From Flectonema sp. DT1601 (Eukaryota): DNA of 64,000 bases. Shown here in pieces: positions 46,935-56,820 of this stretch; the stretch's first letter is position 1; each line of letters begins with the position of its first letter. The translations under genes and the position numbers were made by a program. The notes under the pieces were generated by a model. It did no database searches and had not been told where the DNA came from. It saw only the letters and a list, made by a program, of their open reading frames with translations. Where the stretch lies: the NCBI GenBank assembly GCA_964019425.1, contig OZ025791.1:1364001-1428000 (forward strand). The letters run 5' to 3'.

Positions 46935-48793
46935 ATGACAACGGCTCCAATGATGCCTCCTGCACCAACAGCCCCACCTCCAGAGTTGGTATATCCTATT
47001 TGGTGGGTTTTTGCGACTGGTGTTGGAGTTGGTATGTGTCTTGCTGGATTGATTGTAGCTGTTATTGTTGTGAGAAAGAAGATGGGAGACTCACGTCATT
47101 CAAATCGTGGATGGCATCAAGATCTTACTGGATCAATGTTGAGAGATACAGCAACAGAATTCTCGAGAGACTCTCCTAATTATTCTCCACCTCATCATGG
47201 TGTTCAGATGACTACAAACAGAGAGAATACACAGAGAGGGATGTCTGTCTCATGTGTATCATTTGTTGACCCTGAAGAAGTTCAGGACAACCCTTTACAA
47301 ACACAATCACCATGGGTAGCACCTCAACCATCATATCCCCCAATCACCAATGAATCATTCTGTCGAAAGATGTCTGGCAGTCCAAGAATTGGTGGAGGTC
47401 GTCGTCGTACAATTATCAGCAGAGGATGGACGAAGGGAAAACTCCTCGGTCAGGGAGGATTTGGAAAAGTATACAGTTGTGTTTGCGCTGACGCTACTTT
47501 AATGGCTGTTAAGATCCTTGACTTGTCAACATTAGCAGATGATTCAAAGGCACAGGCAATCATTAGAGAAGTAGAACTCCTCTCAAAGTTAACTCATGAT
47601 AATATTGTTGACTACTATGACTCTAAAATTGATGAAGTAAGAAATGAACTTCAGCTATTCATGGAAATGGTGAATGGTGGTTCTCTTGGTCAGTTCGTAA
47701 GGGATTGCTCTGAACAGCTCACAGAAGCAGTCGTTGCTAAGTACACAGCTCAGATATTAGAAGGTGTTGCTTACTTACACGCAAACAATGTAGTCCACAG
47801 AGATCTGAAGGGTGATAATATTTTAATGTCAGCTGACGGTACGATGAAAATATCAGATTTTGGAACCTCTAAAAACATCAATCCTGTTGGAAGAGTTGGA
47901 GTTCCAGAAGCTTCTTTCTCAAACAGTCAGATTCAAGGAACTCCATTATGGTCAGCACCAGAGACATTTGATGGAACTTATATTATCGAATCTGATGTAT
48001 GGTCTGTTGGATGTGTTGTTTGTGAAATGTTAACGAAGAAACCACCATGGCCTGTATTCGAAACAGTCTGGGCAGCAATTACTAGTATTGGTAAGTGTAT
48101 TACATACCCAGAACTGATGCCACGAGAACCTGAAGTAACACCTCAATGTGAAGACTTTCTAAAGTGTTGTTTAAATCCGGTAGCAACTGAGAGAACACCA
48201 GCTGCTGATCTTAAACGTCATCACTGGATAGAATCTCATGGCTCTCCTGAAATAACGGCGGGTGAGAGTTCTGATTCAGAAGTTGAACCTCCAACTGCTA
48301 TTCCTCAATTACTTCGTAAGATATCAGAAATTAATACTCCTACTCACAGAGCTAACTTGGGAAGCTTTCGTAGGAAGAAAGGAAGATTATCCTTCGCTCG
48401 TCAAATGCAATTCGATAGTATTAATTCAATAAATCTTGGTGAACCTCAAGTTGCACTTGAAAAGGACTCTCAAGCAGCTGCGTCTCCTACTCAAGCTCAG
48501 CCACAACTTCGCAACGTTGTGGCTGACTCTGTTTCGACTTCTTCAAGTTCGCATGAGAGCCCGGTATGTGATTAATGTCTGTTGAGTACTTCCTAGGCAT
48601 TGTTTACTGTGAAGTTAATTACGGTCACTTTATCATCTCTTTGTTAATTATTAAGTGCAATCTAATTAAGTGCAATCTAATAAATAATAAACAGCTGCAG
48701 GCAGACGAAGAAGTCCCAAAATCCCCTCAGAGTACTACGAAAAAGTCATCTTCTATCAGAAGGCGAGAGGATCAACCTGTTGCTAGTGCGTAG
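46935..48793 (+). CDS. Transmembrane Ser/Thr protein kinase, STE11/MAP3K-like; 2 predicted exons (46935-48563, 48695-48793)
   Basis: TM WWVFATGVGVGMCLAGLIVAVIVV. Kinase motifs WTKGKLLGQGGFGKVY, MAVK, HRDLKGDNIL, DFG, GTPLWSAPE, SDVWSVGC. Intron GTATGT..AATAAACAG joins ORF 48575..48793. Confidence 0.93.
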
Positions 48794-48924
48794 GGCATGT
48801 GATGATGTGTTTTGGAATTGGGGAGGAGGAAAAAAAAATAAATAAAAAACATATTTGTCCGACTTGTCTGACTTGACGTAGAATCACAAATGATGTTAAC
48901 TAACGACCAACGAAACGGTGTGAA

Positions 48925-49120
48925 GGTGAGCTCGTGTTGAGCAATCAATTCACCTCACAAGAAAACACAGCTACGCTATCTGAAGACGTTGGAATTGCGA
49001 AGGTTTGGTGAGCTCGTGTTGAGCAATCAATTCACCTCACAAGAAAACACAGCTACGCTATCTGAAGACGTTGGAATTGCGAAGGTTTGGTGAGCTCGTG
49101 TCGAGCAATCAATTCACCTC
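48925..49120 (+). repeat. 82-bp tandem repeat, ~2.4 copies
   Basis: GGTGAGCTCGTGTTGAGCAATCAATTCACCTC starts at 48925, 49007 and 49089 (one substitution in the third copy), with identical intervening sequence. Confidence 0.92.
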
Positions 49121-50410
49121 TTCATATGACCCAACTATTTATATAAAACAACTACCTACAATGTCTAATGATATGTACTACGTGTGTTCTCATCATTTTC
49201 GGACCCAGGAATAATTCTATTCTTTACATCACTATTTGGTGAGCTTGTCACCACCCCTCAAATGGATGTAACATGGAAAGATTTCCCTCTTTGTTATTAG
49301 TCAAGTTAAAACCCCCCTTTTGTTTTATTTTATTTTTATTGTTCGGTGAACTCTTTATTGTTATTCACGGAACTCGTTGTTTTTTTTTTTTTTTTTTTTT
49401 CGTTTCTTTTTTAAAGGAAAAAAAAAAAAAAAAAAAAAAGAAGGAAATAGAGGAGGAAAAAAAAGTGGAAAAGGAGTCCCCTCTCTCTACTGAGAGTCTT
49501 GTTGTGTATTATGTATGTATTTGTATTATTTAATTTTTGAGGAGGACTGTGTTTTTTATCATCGTGTCTCTAGCAGGATGACACGCTCTGCTTTTTGCCA
49601 TGGGTTTTTGTTTTAAAAAAAAAATTCCCCCTTTTCCCTTCTGTACCGCTTTACTCTCGAGACCTGAATTATTGTAACAGGAGAGTAACACAAGTTCAGT
49701 TAATGAACTGGTGTTTAATCTTCTTGTTTTAAAAGAATGATATGGTATAATATAATCGTATTGTGCTTTTCTAATTTTGTTTTTTAAAAAAAAAAATAAT
49801 AATAATAATAATAATGAAACTACAGCATTGTGAGATGTGTACTATATATCAAGTTTCTTTTTTTTCTTAATTTTTTTCTTCTTCTTCTGTTCTGTTTTAT
49901 ACTGGATCCTTTGGCAGCACAAAAACAGAATAAAGTGCCCCTTACCACCGCTGTGATGAAGTGACATGCTGTGTTTTAATTAACCAGTTGGTTTCTACAG
50001 TTCCAAGTTGACACAATGTTTTTGATCGTGAAGCTGATTCCTTTTTTTTTTATTATTATTTTTATTTTATTTTCTATTGCCGTCCTTTTTTTTGTTGTTA
50101 ATGGCTATCGGTTCTGTTTGGGTTTTCCCGCATTTTTTTTTTTTTTTTTTTTACTTTTATTTTCTTTTTTCCCCTTTTTATTTTATTTTAGTTTTTTTCA
50201 AAGAAAGAACACGGCTGGAATATTACATCTGTATCTCACTTCACAACCCGCCCAAAGAATTCAAAAAAACGCCTCAGTAACTTCATAGTAACTTCTACTA
50301 CGCCTCCACCCAGTCGTCTTTTCTGGTCCAACGATGGTTTTTTCACTATCAACCCGGTTTCGTCACCTCTTCCAAAAGACTCCGACTTCCCGTCTCTCAA
50401 CGCAACTCCA

Positions 50411-50761
50411 ATGGTGGTGGACTCTACGACTTGTTCTAATAATCCTTACCAAAACTCGCTAAAGCAGAACCATCCTAATCCACTCCCTCAGCAGGCACCA
50501 CAACCTCCAAATAATAAAGTCTCTCAGGCTTTGCCAACTCAACATACTAATGATCCATTGCAAGAACTAAAAGATCAAATCAAAGAGCTCTCTGACGCAC
50601 TTGCCGCAGAAAAGAAATTAAGTAGATCTCTCAGACGTGATCTTGATTCCCTAAAAAGCCAAAAGCAATCTGGAAACTCTGAAAAAGACCGACGTCCGCG
50701 TGCCAACTCTGCGATCACGGTCAATGATGATTTAAGAACTCGTGATACCACTAGGGAGTAG
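50411..50761 (+). CDS. Retrotransposon ORF1 (C-terminal coiled-coil part); frame is open without ATG back to ~50192
   Basis: Pro/Gln-rich segment then coiled coil LQELKDQIKELSDALAAEKKLSRSLRRDLDSLK. Same frame as ORF2 (offset 360). Confidence 0.7.
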   Translation: MVVDSTTCSNNPYQNSLKQNHPNPLPQQAPQPPNNKVSQALPTQHTNDPLQELKDQIKELSDALAAEKKLSRSLRRDLDSLKSQKQSGNSEKDRRPRANSAITVNDDLRTRDTTRE

Positions 50762-50770
50762 CAATCAACG

Positions 50771-53700
50771 ATGCCGCCTCCTCCAAAGAAACAGTACCAT
50801 GAAACTGTTACAGCACGTATAAATCTTCTACGTTCAGGTGTGCACCCTAACCCTGGGCCTCTTCGTGTCCTCTCCTGGAACATGAACCGTTATAAATCTT
50901 CTCGTCTTCATCTTGAAGACCTAGTTGCATCTTACGACCCCGATATTATTCATATCCAAGAATCATGGTTAAAAAGTGATGTATCAGATGATCTTCTTCA
51001 AATTAAAGGCTTCGATCTACATCGTCGTGACAGAGTCAGCGCAAATAAAACTGTTGGTGGAGGCCTTCTGTCTTATTTCAAATGCTCCTTACATGCCGAA
51101 TTCATCGCAGAAGACAGTAGTCATACTTATATTGAATCACTTTATTGTACATTTAAAACTGTGCTGGGTAACGTCTCGACCTGTAACATCTATATCCCTC
51201 CAGATGCTCTACACCTACCGAAATCCTTCAACTTGAGTGACCTCACCTTCGGAGACTTTAATGCCCACCACGAATCGTGGTCTTCTAACAATAAGATCCC
51301 TAGAAAAGCTTCAGGGAAGGTAGTTAGTAATTGGATACTTGATAATGGTTTGGCAGTCATACAACTTTCTCCTTCTATACCAACACACGGAACAACTCCT
51401 GACCTTGCTTTGCATTCTCCTCAGTTCAAGTGTTTCAATTCAATCCAAATAGATCCCTCTCTGGTTAACTCTGACCACACTCCTATAATCACCGATTTCG
51501 ACGTCACTCCACTCTCTTCATCCCAACAAATACCAGCCCATCGTAAATTCTTCTACGATAAATTCACGGAATTACATTGGAAAGCATTTACAGCATCTCT
51601 TGAGTCTCAGTGCCCACGTCTAAATAACATTAGATCTCTAAGCAAACTCTGCAAGGCTCTTCTCAAAACAATTGACAGTATTGCAATCTCCACCTTACCT
51701 AACAAATGGTACCCATTAAAAGCCTCACAACATCAACGCTCAAATCTCAATGCCGAAAATATTTTATTACAAAGTGGCAAGAGGGGGTTCTCTTGGACCT
51801 ATAAGAAATTACGAGAACTTAAGGGAGAGGCTACTGGACTTCACACCCCGTCTGCTCCGTTTGAATCACTTCACCAGCGCTTCTTTCCTACAGATTCACG
51901 CTCGGATGAACTTCAAATACCTACGGTTTCCCCTCAGGCCTTTTCCGATCCCTCTTGCAGGCCCTTCTCGACCTCAGAGGCCCAAGCTGTTCTGGACTCC
52001 TTGAAAAGATCAGACTCAACCGGACCTGACGCAATCTCAAATAACATGCTCCTCCACCTGGGTGAACAAGCTTTACATCTTATACTACGCATAGCCAACT
52101 GGTCATTCTATAGAGGAACACTGCCAAAATGTTTAAAAGTAGCTCATGTGATCCCAACCTATAAAGGAAACAAGAGAGACCCTACTGATGCAGCATCTTA
52201 CCGCCCTATATCTTTGACCTCAATATTATCGAAGTTTATAGAGTCTTTGATGCTCTCCAGACTGGAGCACTTATTGATAGATAAACTCGATCCCAAGCAG
52301 TCTGGATTTGTCCCCGGCAGGACAACAGACGAAAATATTGCAGTACTTATCAACGCAGCCTCCGAAACTAAAAGCGACTATCTCCAATGCGCTGTGCTCA
52401 TACTCTTTGATATTTCGGGGGCTTTCGACAACGTAGACCACAACCTACTTATGGATAGGATAAAACCTTTACTACCGACTCCCTTTGTACGATGGATAGG
52501 CAACTTCCTTTCAGATCGCACCGCTCACCTTCTTCATGGTAGTACCCGCTCAAAACCTATAGCCTGTACAAAGGGGGTTCCCCAAGGTAGTATTCTTGGC
52601 CCATTACTTTTTCGAATGTACGTTGACTCCTTACCAGAGTCCATTACGGTATCTGACACCTCACTACTATACGCCGATGATCTTGCGGTATATGTAAGTA
52701 GCTCGACAATCGACGATTTGGAAGCGAGAGCCAACAAAGCAATAGGTCAAGTAGAATGCTGGCTGGATAACTCCAGAATGTCATTATCCCATTCAAAAAC
52801 AGAATACATGTCCATAGGCAAACGTTTTACGGAAGACAAACGCATCTGTCGGCGTCCGCGTCTTTATTTCCCCTCGACAGTTGATGATGTCCCAATTCCA
52901 CGTGGGTCTTATCAATTCTTTTATGATCATATAGATGATGGGGCTGCTGCTTTACTTAACTTTGAAAACGGTCCCATCTTTCCCTTAGGTATAAATGGAC
53001 GTAGCGTGAACAATCGATCGCAATTCATAAACACCATTCCGAAGGGTGAATTTTCTTTGACAGCCGCCATCCCACTTCGTCAGGTGAAACAAACTCGGTA
53101 CCTGGGTGTTATAATTGATGATAATCTTACCTTTGAATCACAGAAAACAAAAATCCTGAACACTCTGAAACGTGGGATTGCTCTCCTATCGATGGTCTCA
53201 TCGTACCAAGTAAAGACTGAGGTGCTACGACAAGTCATTTTCGGTCTAATCCTCTCTAGAGCATATTATGGTCTAGCAGCATTTGCTCCCCTCCTCTCCA
53301 AAAAGGCGCAGGAGGAGATTGACCTGACACAACGTGTTCTCCAACGGAAACTTACCGGCTGCCTTAACTCAACAGCTACACCGGCCCTTTCAGTAGAATC
53401 CGGCATATTACCATTCAAACTACACCTTTCGAAATCTACTGCGTTGATGAATGAACGATTCTTGCGTAATAACAAGAACAGCCCCTCGTGGTCCATCTTA
53501 GACCCTGAGAAAACATCGAGCATGTGGAAAACATTTGCTTCCATCCACTCCAACAGATATCCTACTCCATCGTTGCGTTCATACCACTGCCTTCCGCATC
53601 ACCAAGCACCATGGGAGCCTCCGCCAGATGTAACTTTTAACCCCTGGAGAGAGTTCCGTAAATCCTTGGAACCTGTTCAGAACTTAGAAGCTGCTCTGTC

Positions 53701-54874
53701 AACAATGAAGAATCTCCCGCCGGCAATCGCCCGACTATACACTGACGCGTCCTATTTCCAAGACAAAGAACAGAATTATCGATGTGGCAATGCAGCCTGT
53801 CTGATCATAGGAAACAAATGCTTCTCTAAGAGGAAGCGCTATACACCTGCACTGATGATATACAATGCGGAGCAACAAGCTCTCCTATCAGCAGTTGAAC
53901 TGTTGGAAGAACACTCCTCCTGGCTCCCCAGAGGGAGAGTCCATATCATCACCGACAGTCAGTCCTCGGTAAGCAGCCTGGCAAAGGGATATCTCCGCCA
54001 GAGATCCACCACGAACATGGAAATTTTAAAACGCATAATGCTGCTCCGTCGCCCGATCACCTTCCAATTTGTGCCCTCCCATTGTGGAATAATTGGTAAC
54101 GAGCTGGCCGATTCGCAAGCAAGTAAAGCAGCGTCTTCTGATACTCTCCAAATTACAGAGGTAGCTTTCGACTACCGAATGGTTCAGTGCTCTATCACGA
54201 ATCAAGTTAACAAGATATGGTTAAGGGAAAGAGACTCTAACCACGTTCACTATTGGTCAACCCTCGGGGGAAGAATTCAACGCTTCCATCCAAACCTGAA
54301 GCGGTCTGATGAAGTACACATTTCACGCCTCCGCACGGGTCACCACCATTTGATCAAGATCCCCTCTCAGGGTCTCACGAATTGCAACTTCTGTAACGAG
54401 CCGTTAACAAGCACGCATCACTTATTATTCAATTGTCTCGCATTACGCCCAATTGTGCAACAATACTTCCCACCAACAGCAACTCTTGAACAAGGAGAAA
54501 TGGATGTCGGTCAAAACCTCCACAAATTCTTCTCGACAGAACACCAACCAGAGCTTATGAAGTTGATAATGAAATTACATGAACTCCCATTATGGCAGGC
54601 AATACCTCAACAGCACCTTATGGAACATTTGTATAAGTGGACTAGCTTTCCGACCTTCAACACAGCAACACGAAAAACAGTCGTTGCGTACATTAAAGAA
54701 GCCTACACTCTCACCGACATAGAGGAAATACATACCAATCTTGATTGGGTATGGATGTACTGCTATCCTGACTATCTTAACAACGATACAAGCATGAAAA
54801 AGCTCCTCGACAAAATCCAGGACTCCCAATACAGCCGTATCGATGCGGCGTGGTTTAACAGACAAGTTCGATAA
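50771..54874 (+). CDS. Retrotransposon ORF2: 2A-like peptide, APE endonuclease, reverse transcriptase, RNase H, CCHC knuckle
   Basis: APE: VLSWNM, IQESWL, NIYIPP, GDFNAHH, SDHTPI. RT: YRPISLTS, DISGAFDNVDH, GVPQGSILGP, YADDL, RYLGV. RNase H: LYTDAS, NAEQQAL, TDSQS, VPSHCGIIGNELAD. CCHC: CNFC..HLLFNC. Confidence 0.97.
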   Translation: MPPPPKKQYHETVTARINLLRSGVHPNPGPLRVLSWNMNRYKSSRLHLEDLVASYDPDIIHIQESWLKSDVSDDLLQIKGFDLHRRDRVSANKTVGGGLLSYFKCSLHAEFIAEDSSHTYIESLYCTFKTVLGNVSTCNIYIPPDALHLPKSFNLSDLTFGDFNAHHESWSSNNKIPRKASGKVVSNWILDNGLAVIQLSPSIPTHGTTPDLALHSPQFKCFNSIQIDPSLVNSDHTPIITDFDVTPLSSSQQIPAHRKFFYDKFTELHWKAFTASLESQCPRLNNIRSLSKLCKALLKTIDSIAISTLPNKWYPLKASQHQRSNLNAENILLQSGKRGFSWTYKKLRELKGEATGLHTPSAPFESLHQRFFPTDSRSDELQIPTVSPQAFSDPSCRPFSTSEAQAVLDSLKRSDSTGPDAISNNMLLHLGEQALHLILRIANWSFYRGTLPKCLKVAHVIPTYKGNKRDPTDAASYRPISLTSILSKFIESLMLSRLEHLLIDKLDPKQSGFVPGRTTDENIAVLINAASETKSDYLQCAVLILFDISGAFDNVDHNLLMDRIKPLLPTPFVRWIGNFLSDRTAHLLHGSTRSKPIACTKGVPQGSILGPLLFRMYVDSLPESITVSDTSLLYADDLAVYVSSSTIDDLEARANKAIGQVECWLDNSRMSLSHSKTEYMSIGKRFTEDKRICRRPRLYFPSTVDDVPIPRGSYQFFYDHIDDGAAALLNFENGPIFPLGINGRSVNNRSQFINTIPKGEFSLTAAIPLRQVKQTRYLGVIIDDNLTFESQKTKILNTLKRGIALLSMVSSYQVKTEVLRQVIFGLILSRAYYGLAAFAPLLSKKAQEEIDLTQRVLQRKLTGCLNSTATPALSVESGILPFKLHLSKSTALMNERFLRNNKNSPSWSILDPEKTSSMWKTFASIHSNRYPTPSLRSYHCLPHHQAPWEPPPDVTFNPWREFRKSLEPVQNLEAALSTMKNLPPAIARLYTDASYFQDKEQNYRCGNAACLIIGNKCFSKRKRYTPALMIYNAEQQALLSAVELLEEHSSWLPRGRVHIITDSQSSVSSLAKGYLRQRSTTNMEILKRIMLLRRPITFQFVPSHCGIIGNELADSQASKAASSDTLQITEVAFDYRMVQCSITNQVNKIWLRERDSNHVHYWSTLGGRIQRFHPNLKRSDEVHISRLRTGHHHLIKIPSQGLTNCNFCNEPLTSTHHLLFNCLALRPIVQQYFPPTATLEQGEMDVGQNLHKFFSTEHQPELMKLIMKLHELPLWQAIPQQHLMEHLYKWTSFPTFNTATRKTVVAYIKEAYTLTDIEEIHTNLDWVWMYCYPDYLNNDTSMKKLLDKIQDSQYSRIDAAWFNRQVR

Positions 54875-56787
54875 CTCTCCTTTAGTTATATACAACATTA
54901 TCAAAAAAAATAAAATAAAGAAAAATTCTATCCCTTACAGAATCTAAACGCCCCGCCCCCAGAGTCTTTGTTTTTATATATTTTATTTTATTTTCTTTTT
55001 AATTTTATTTATTCATTTATTTGTTTTCTTTTCTCTTTAGTTATCCTCATATCACTTCCTGACAACAATCGGACAAGGTGGAAAGCTGACAATAGGCATA
55101 CTGTGTTCATTATGCCCCGTCAGCCGAAGCTATAATAAAACAATCCTAATAAGATTGGGTCTAATTACGTTGCTGTTGCCTCGTAGCTCTAGGGAGTTAA
55201 CCCGATGCTCCCTAGTTTGCTGTATCAGCGATGCACAGTACGCAATGTATTGGACTTCCTTATCTATCTATCTATCTATCTTTTTTTTTTTTTTTTTGAG
55301 GCGGGGAAAACGATACAAAAAAACCAACCGGGGGAAGGGTTAGATGTTTCCCTTTCGAACAGACAAGCTGCTTTTACGCAAGTTGTTTGTTTTTTTTATT
55401 TCATTCTATTCACACCTAAAAATGAAATGTGTAGCCTACTGATGTAATTACTCAGTGCTACTCTTCGTACGAGATGATGAGTGATTTATTAACAACCTGT
55501 CGAGGGGGTGCTGTCAGGGATTCCCTTCGTCGGAGTTTTTTTCCATTTCTTTTTCCCTTTTTTTTTTTCAGCAGCATTTTTTTTTTGTGTTCTATTATTT
55601 CTTACAATATTTCCCATCTTTCTCTCATCCCTTTTTTTTTGTTCTGTTTATCGTTATTATGTTACCCTCATTTCTATTTTTCTGAAGCAATTTTGAAGCT
55701 ACGTGGGTGATTTTGTGGCACGTTCATTCTTGTTTTTCGGAGACTCGAAGAGCAAACTACCACTGCCTTTTTAGCATCTTGCAAAGTTCTTACAAAGAAG
55801 CTTTGTGAGTGTTTTTTTTGTTCTTCCCTCCCCTTCTTCAGTTTACTAAATGAATAGTGTGATTCGTACCTGGATTTGTACATTACTGATGGTCACAACG
55901 TCGAGGTATCAAATGACTGATATCCCGTATGCTTACCATGATGTACAAGTGTTAGGATTTCTAAAATAAATAAATACAACAAACCAAAAAAAAAAAAAAA
56001 AAAAAAAGGTAAGCAACAAAGCGGTAACAAAACTGATTGGAAAAAAAAATAAATTCGGTTCGGATCGAATAAATAGAACGACGTTAAAAATTGCGTTAAG
56101 TTAACGTTTCGAGGACTGAAAATTGAAAGAAAAAAGTTACCCCTCGAGATAACTTGATTGAATTGAAGACAACTGAACTTTTCTTTTGAAAAAAAAAAAA
56201 AGTGAAAAAGAGCTATTATTATGTTGTATCTGGTGAGCAACATGCAAAAGATCAATTTCTTCTTATCGTCCTCATTTTTCGTGCAAAACTATATTACCAG
56301 AATGACAATTTTATTTTATATAAAGATAAAGAGCAAGGATCAGATTTCAGAAAGAAGAAGAAGAAGAAAAAAAAAAAAATACTTATCCCTCGAAAAGAAG
56401 TAATCAACAGGCAATTATTTATTTTATTATTATTTTCTTTTTATAAACATCCATCATGTTACCCTGGTCGCAAGCAAATGAAGAAACAAACCAATTTGAA
56501 TATATGGAACGAACGTAATAATTAATACTACGGTGTATACATACAATGTAGTACTTTACTGTTTTCTGATTTAGTTGCGAAGGCTATTTATATTATTGTT
56601 TTTTTTTTCTTGTCTTTTCTTTTTTTGACACACACCAACACAAGAGATATGTGAGCTTGTTTTAATCAAAGCAAATTCTTTGCATCTGCAAACTGAGCAA
56701 CATTTTTTTTTTTTTTTTTTTTTTCAAAAGTCAAATTTTCAAAGAAATTAAGAAATCACAAACAGAAACATGCAAAAAATAGCATTC

Positions 56788-56820
<33 letters not shown>

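Larger units (their letters stand above)
50201..55280 (+). mobile_element. Non-LTR retrotransposon (APE-RT-RNaseH; I/Ingi-group-like), probably 5'-truncated, with (TATC)5 tail
   Basis: Intact 1367-aa ORF2 and upstream in-frame ORF1. 3' UTR ends in TATCTATCTATCTATCTATC at 55261-55280. Both ends abut T-rich tracts; the 5' boundary is approximate. Confidence 0.9.

Noticed and set aside
48925..49120. CRISPR-like look: 32-bp hairpin repeat occurring three times
   Set aside because: The intervening sequences are identical, so this is an 82-bp tandem repeat. Eukaryotic context and no cas genes.
50759..50761. Genome-wide UAG reassignment as the explanation for the LINE in-frame stop
   Set aside because: Long host ORFs contain no internal TAG and several end at TAG, so the standard code appears to apply.
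55055..55130. Hammerhead or HDV-like ribozyme in the LINE ends
   Set aside because: No CUGANGA/GAAA core in the correct arrangement, and the 5' end where an HDV-like ribozyme would lie appears truncated.
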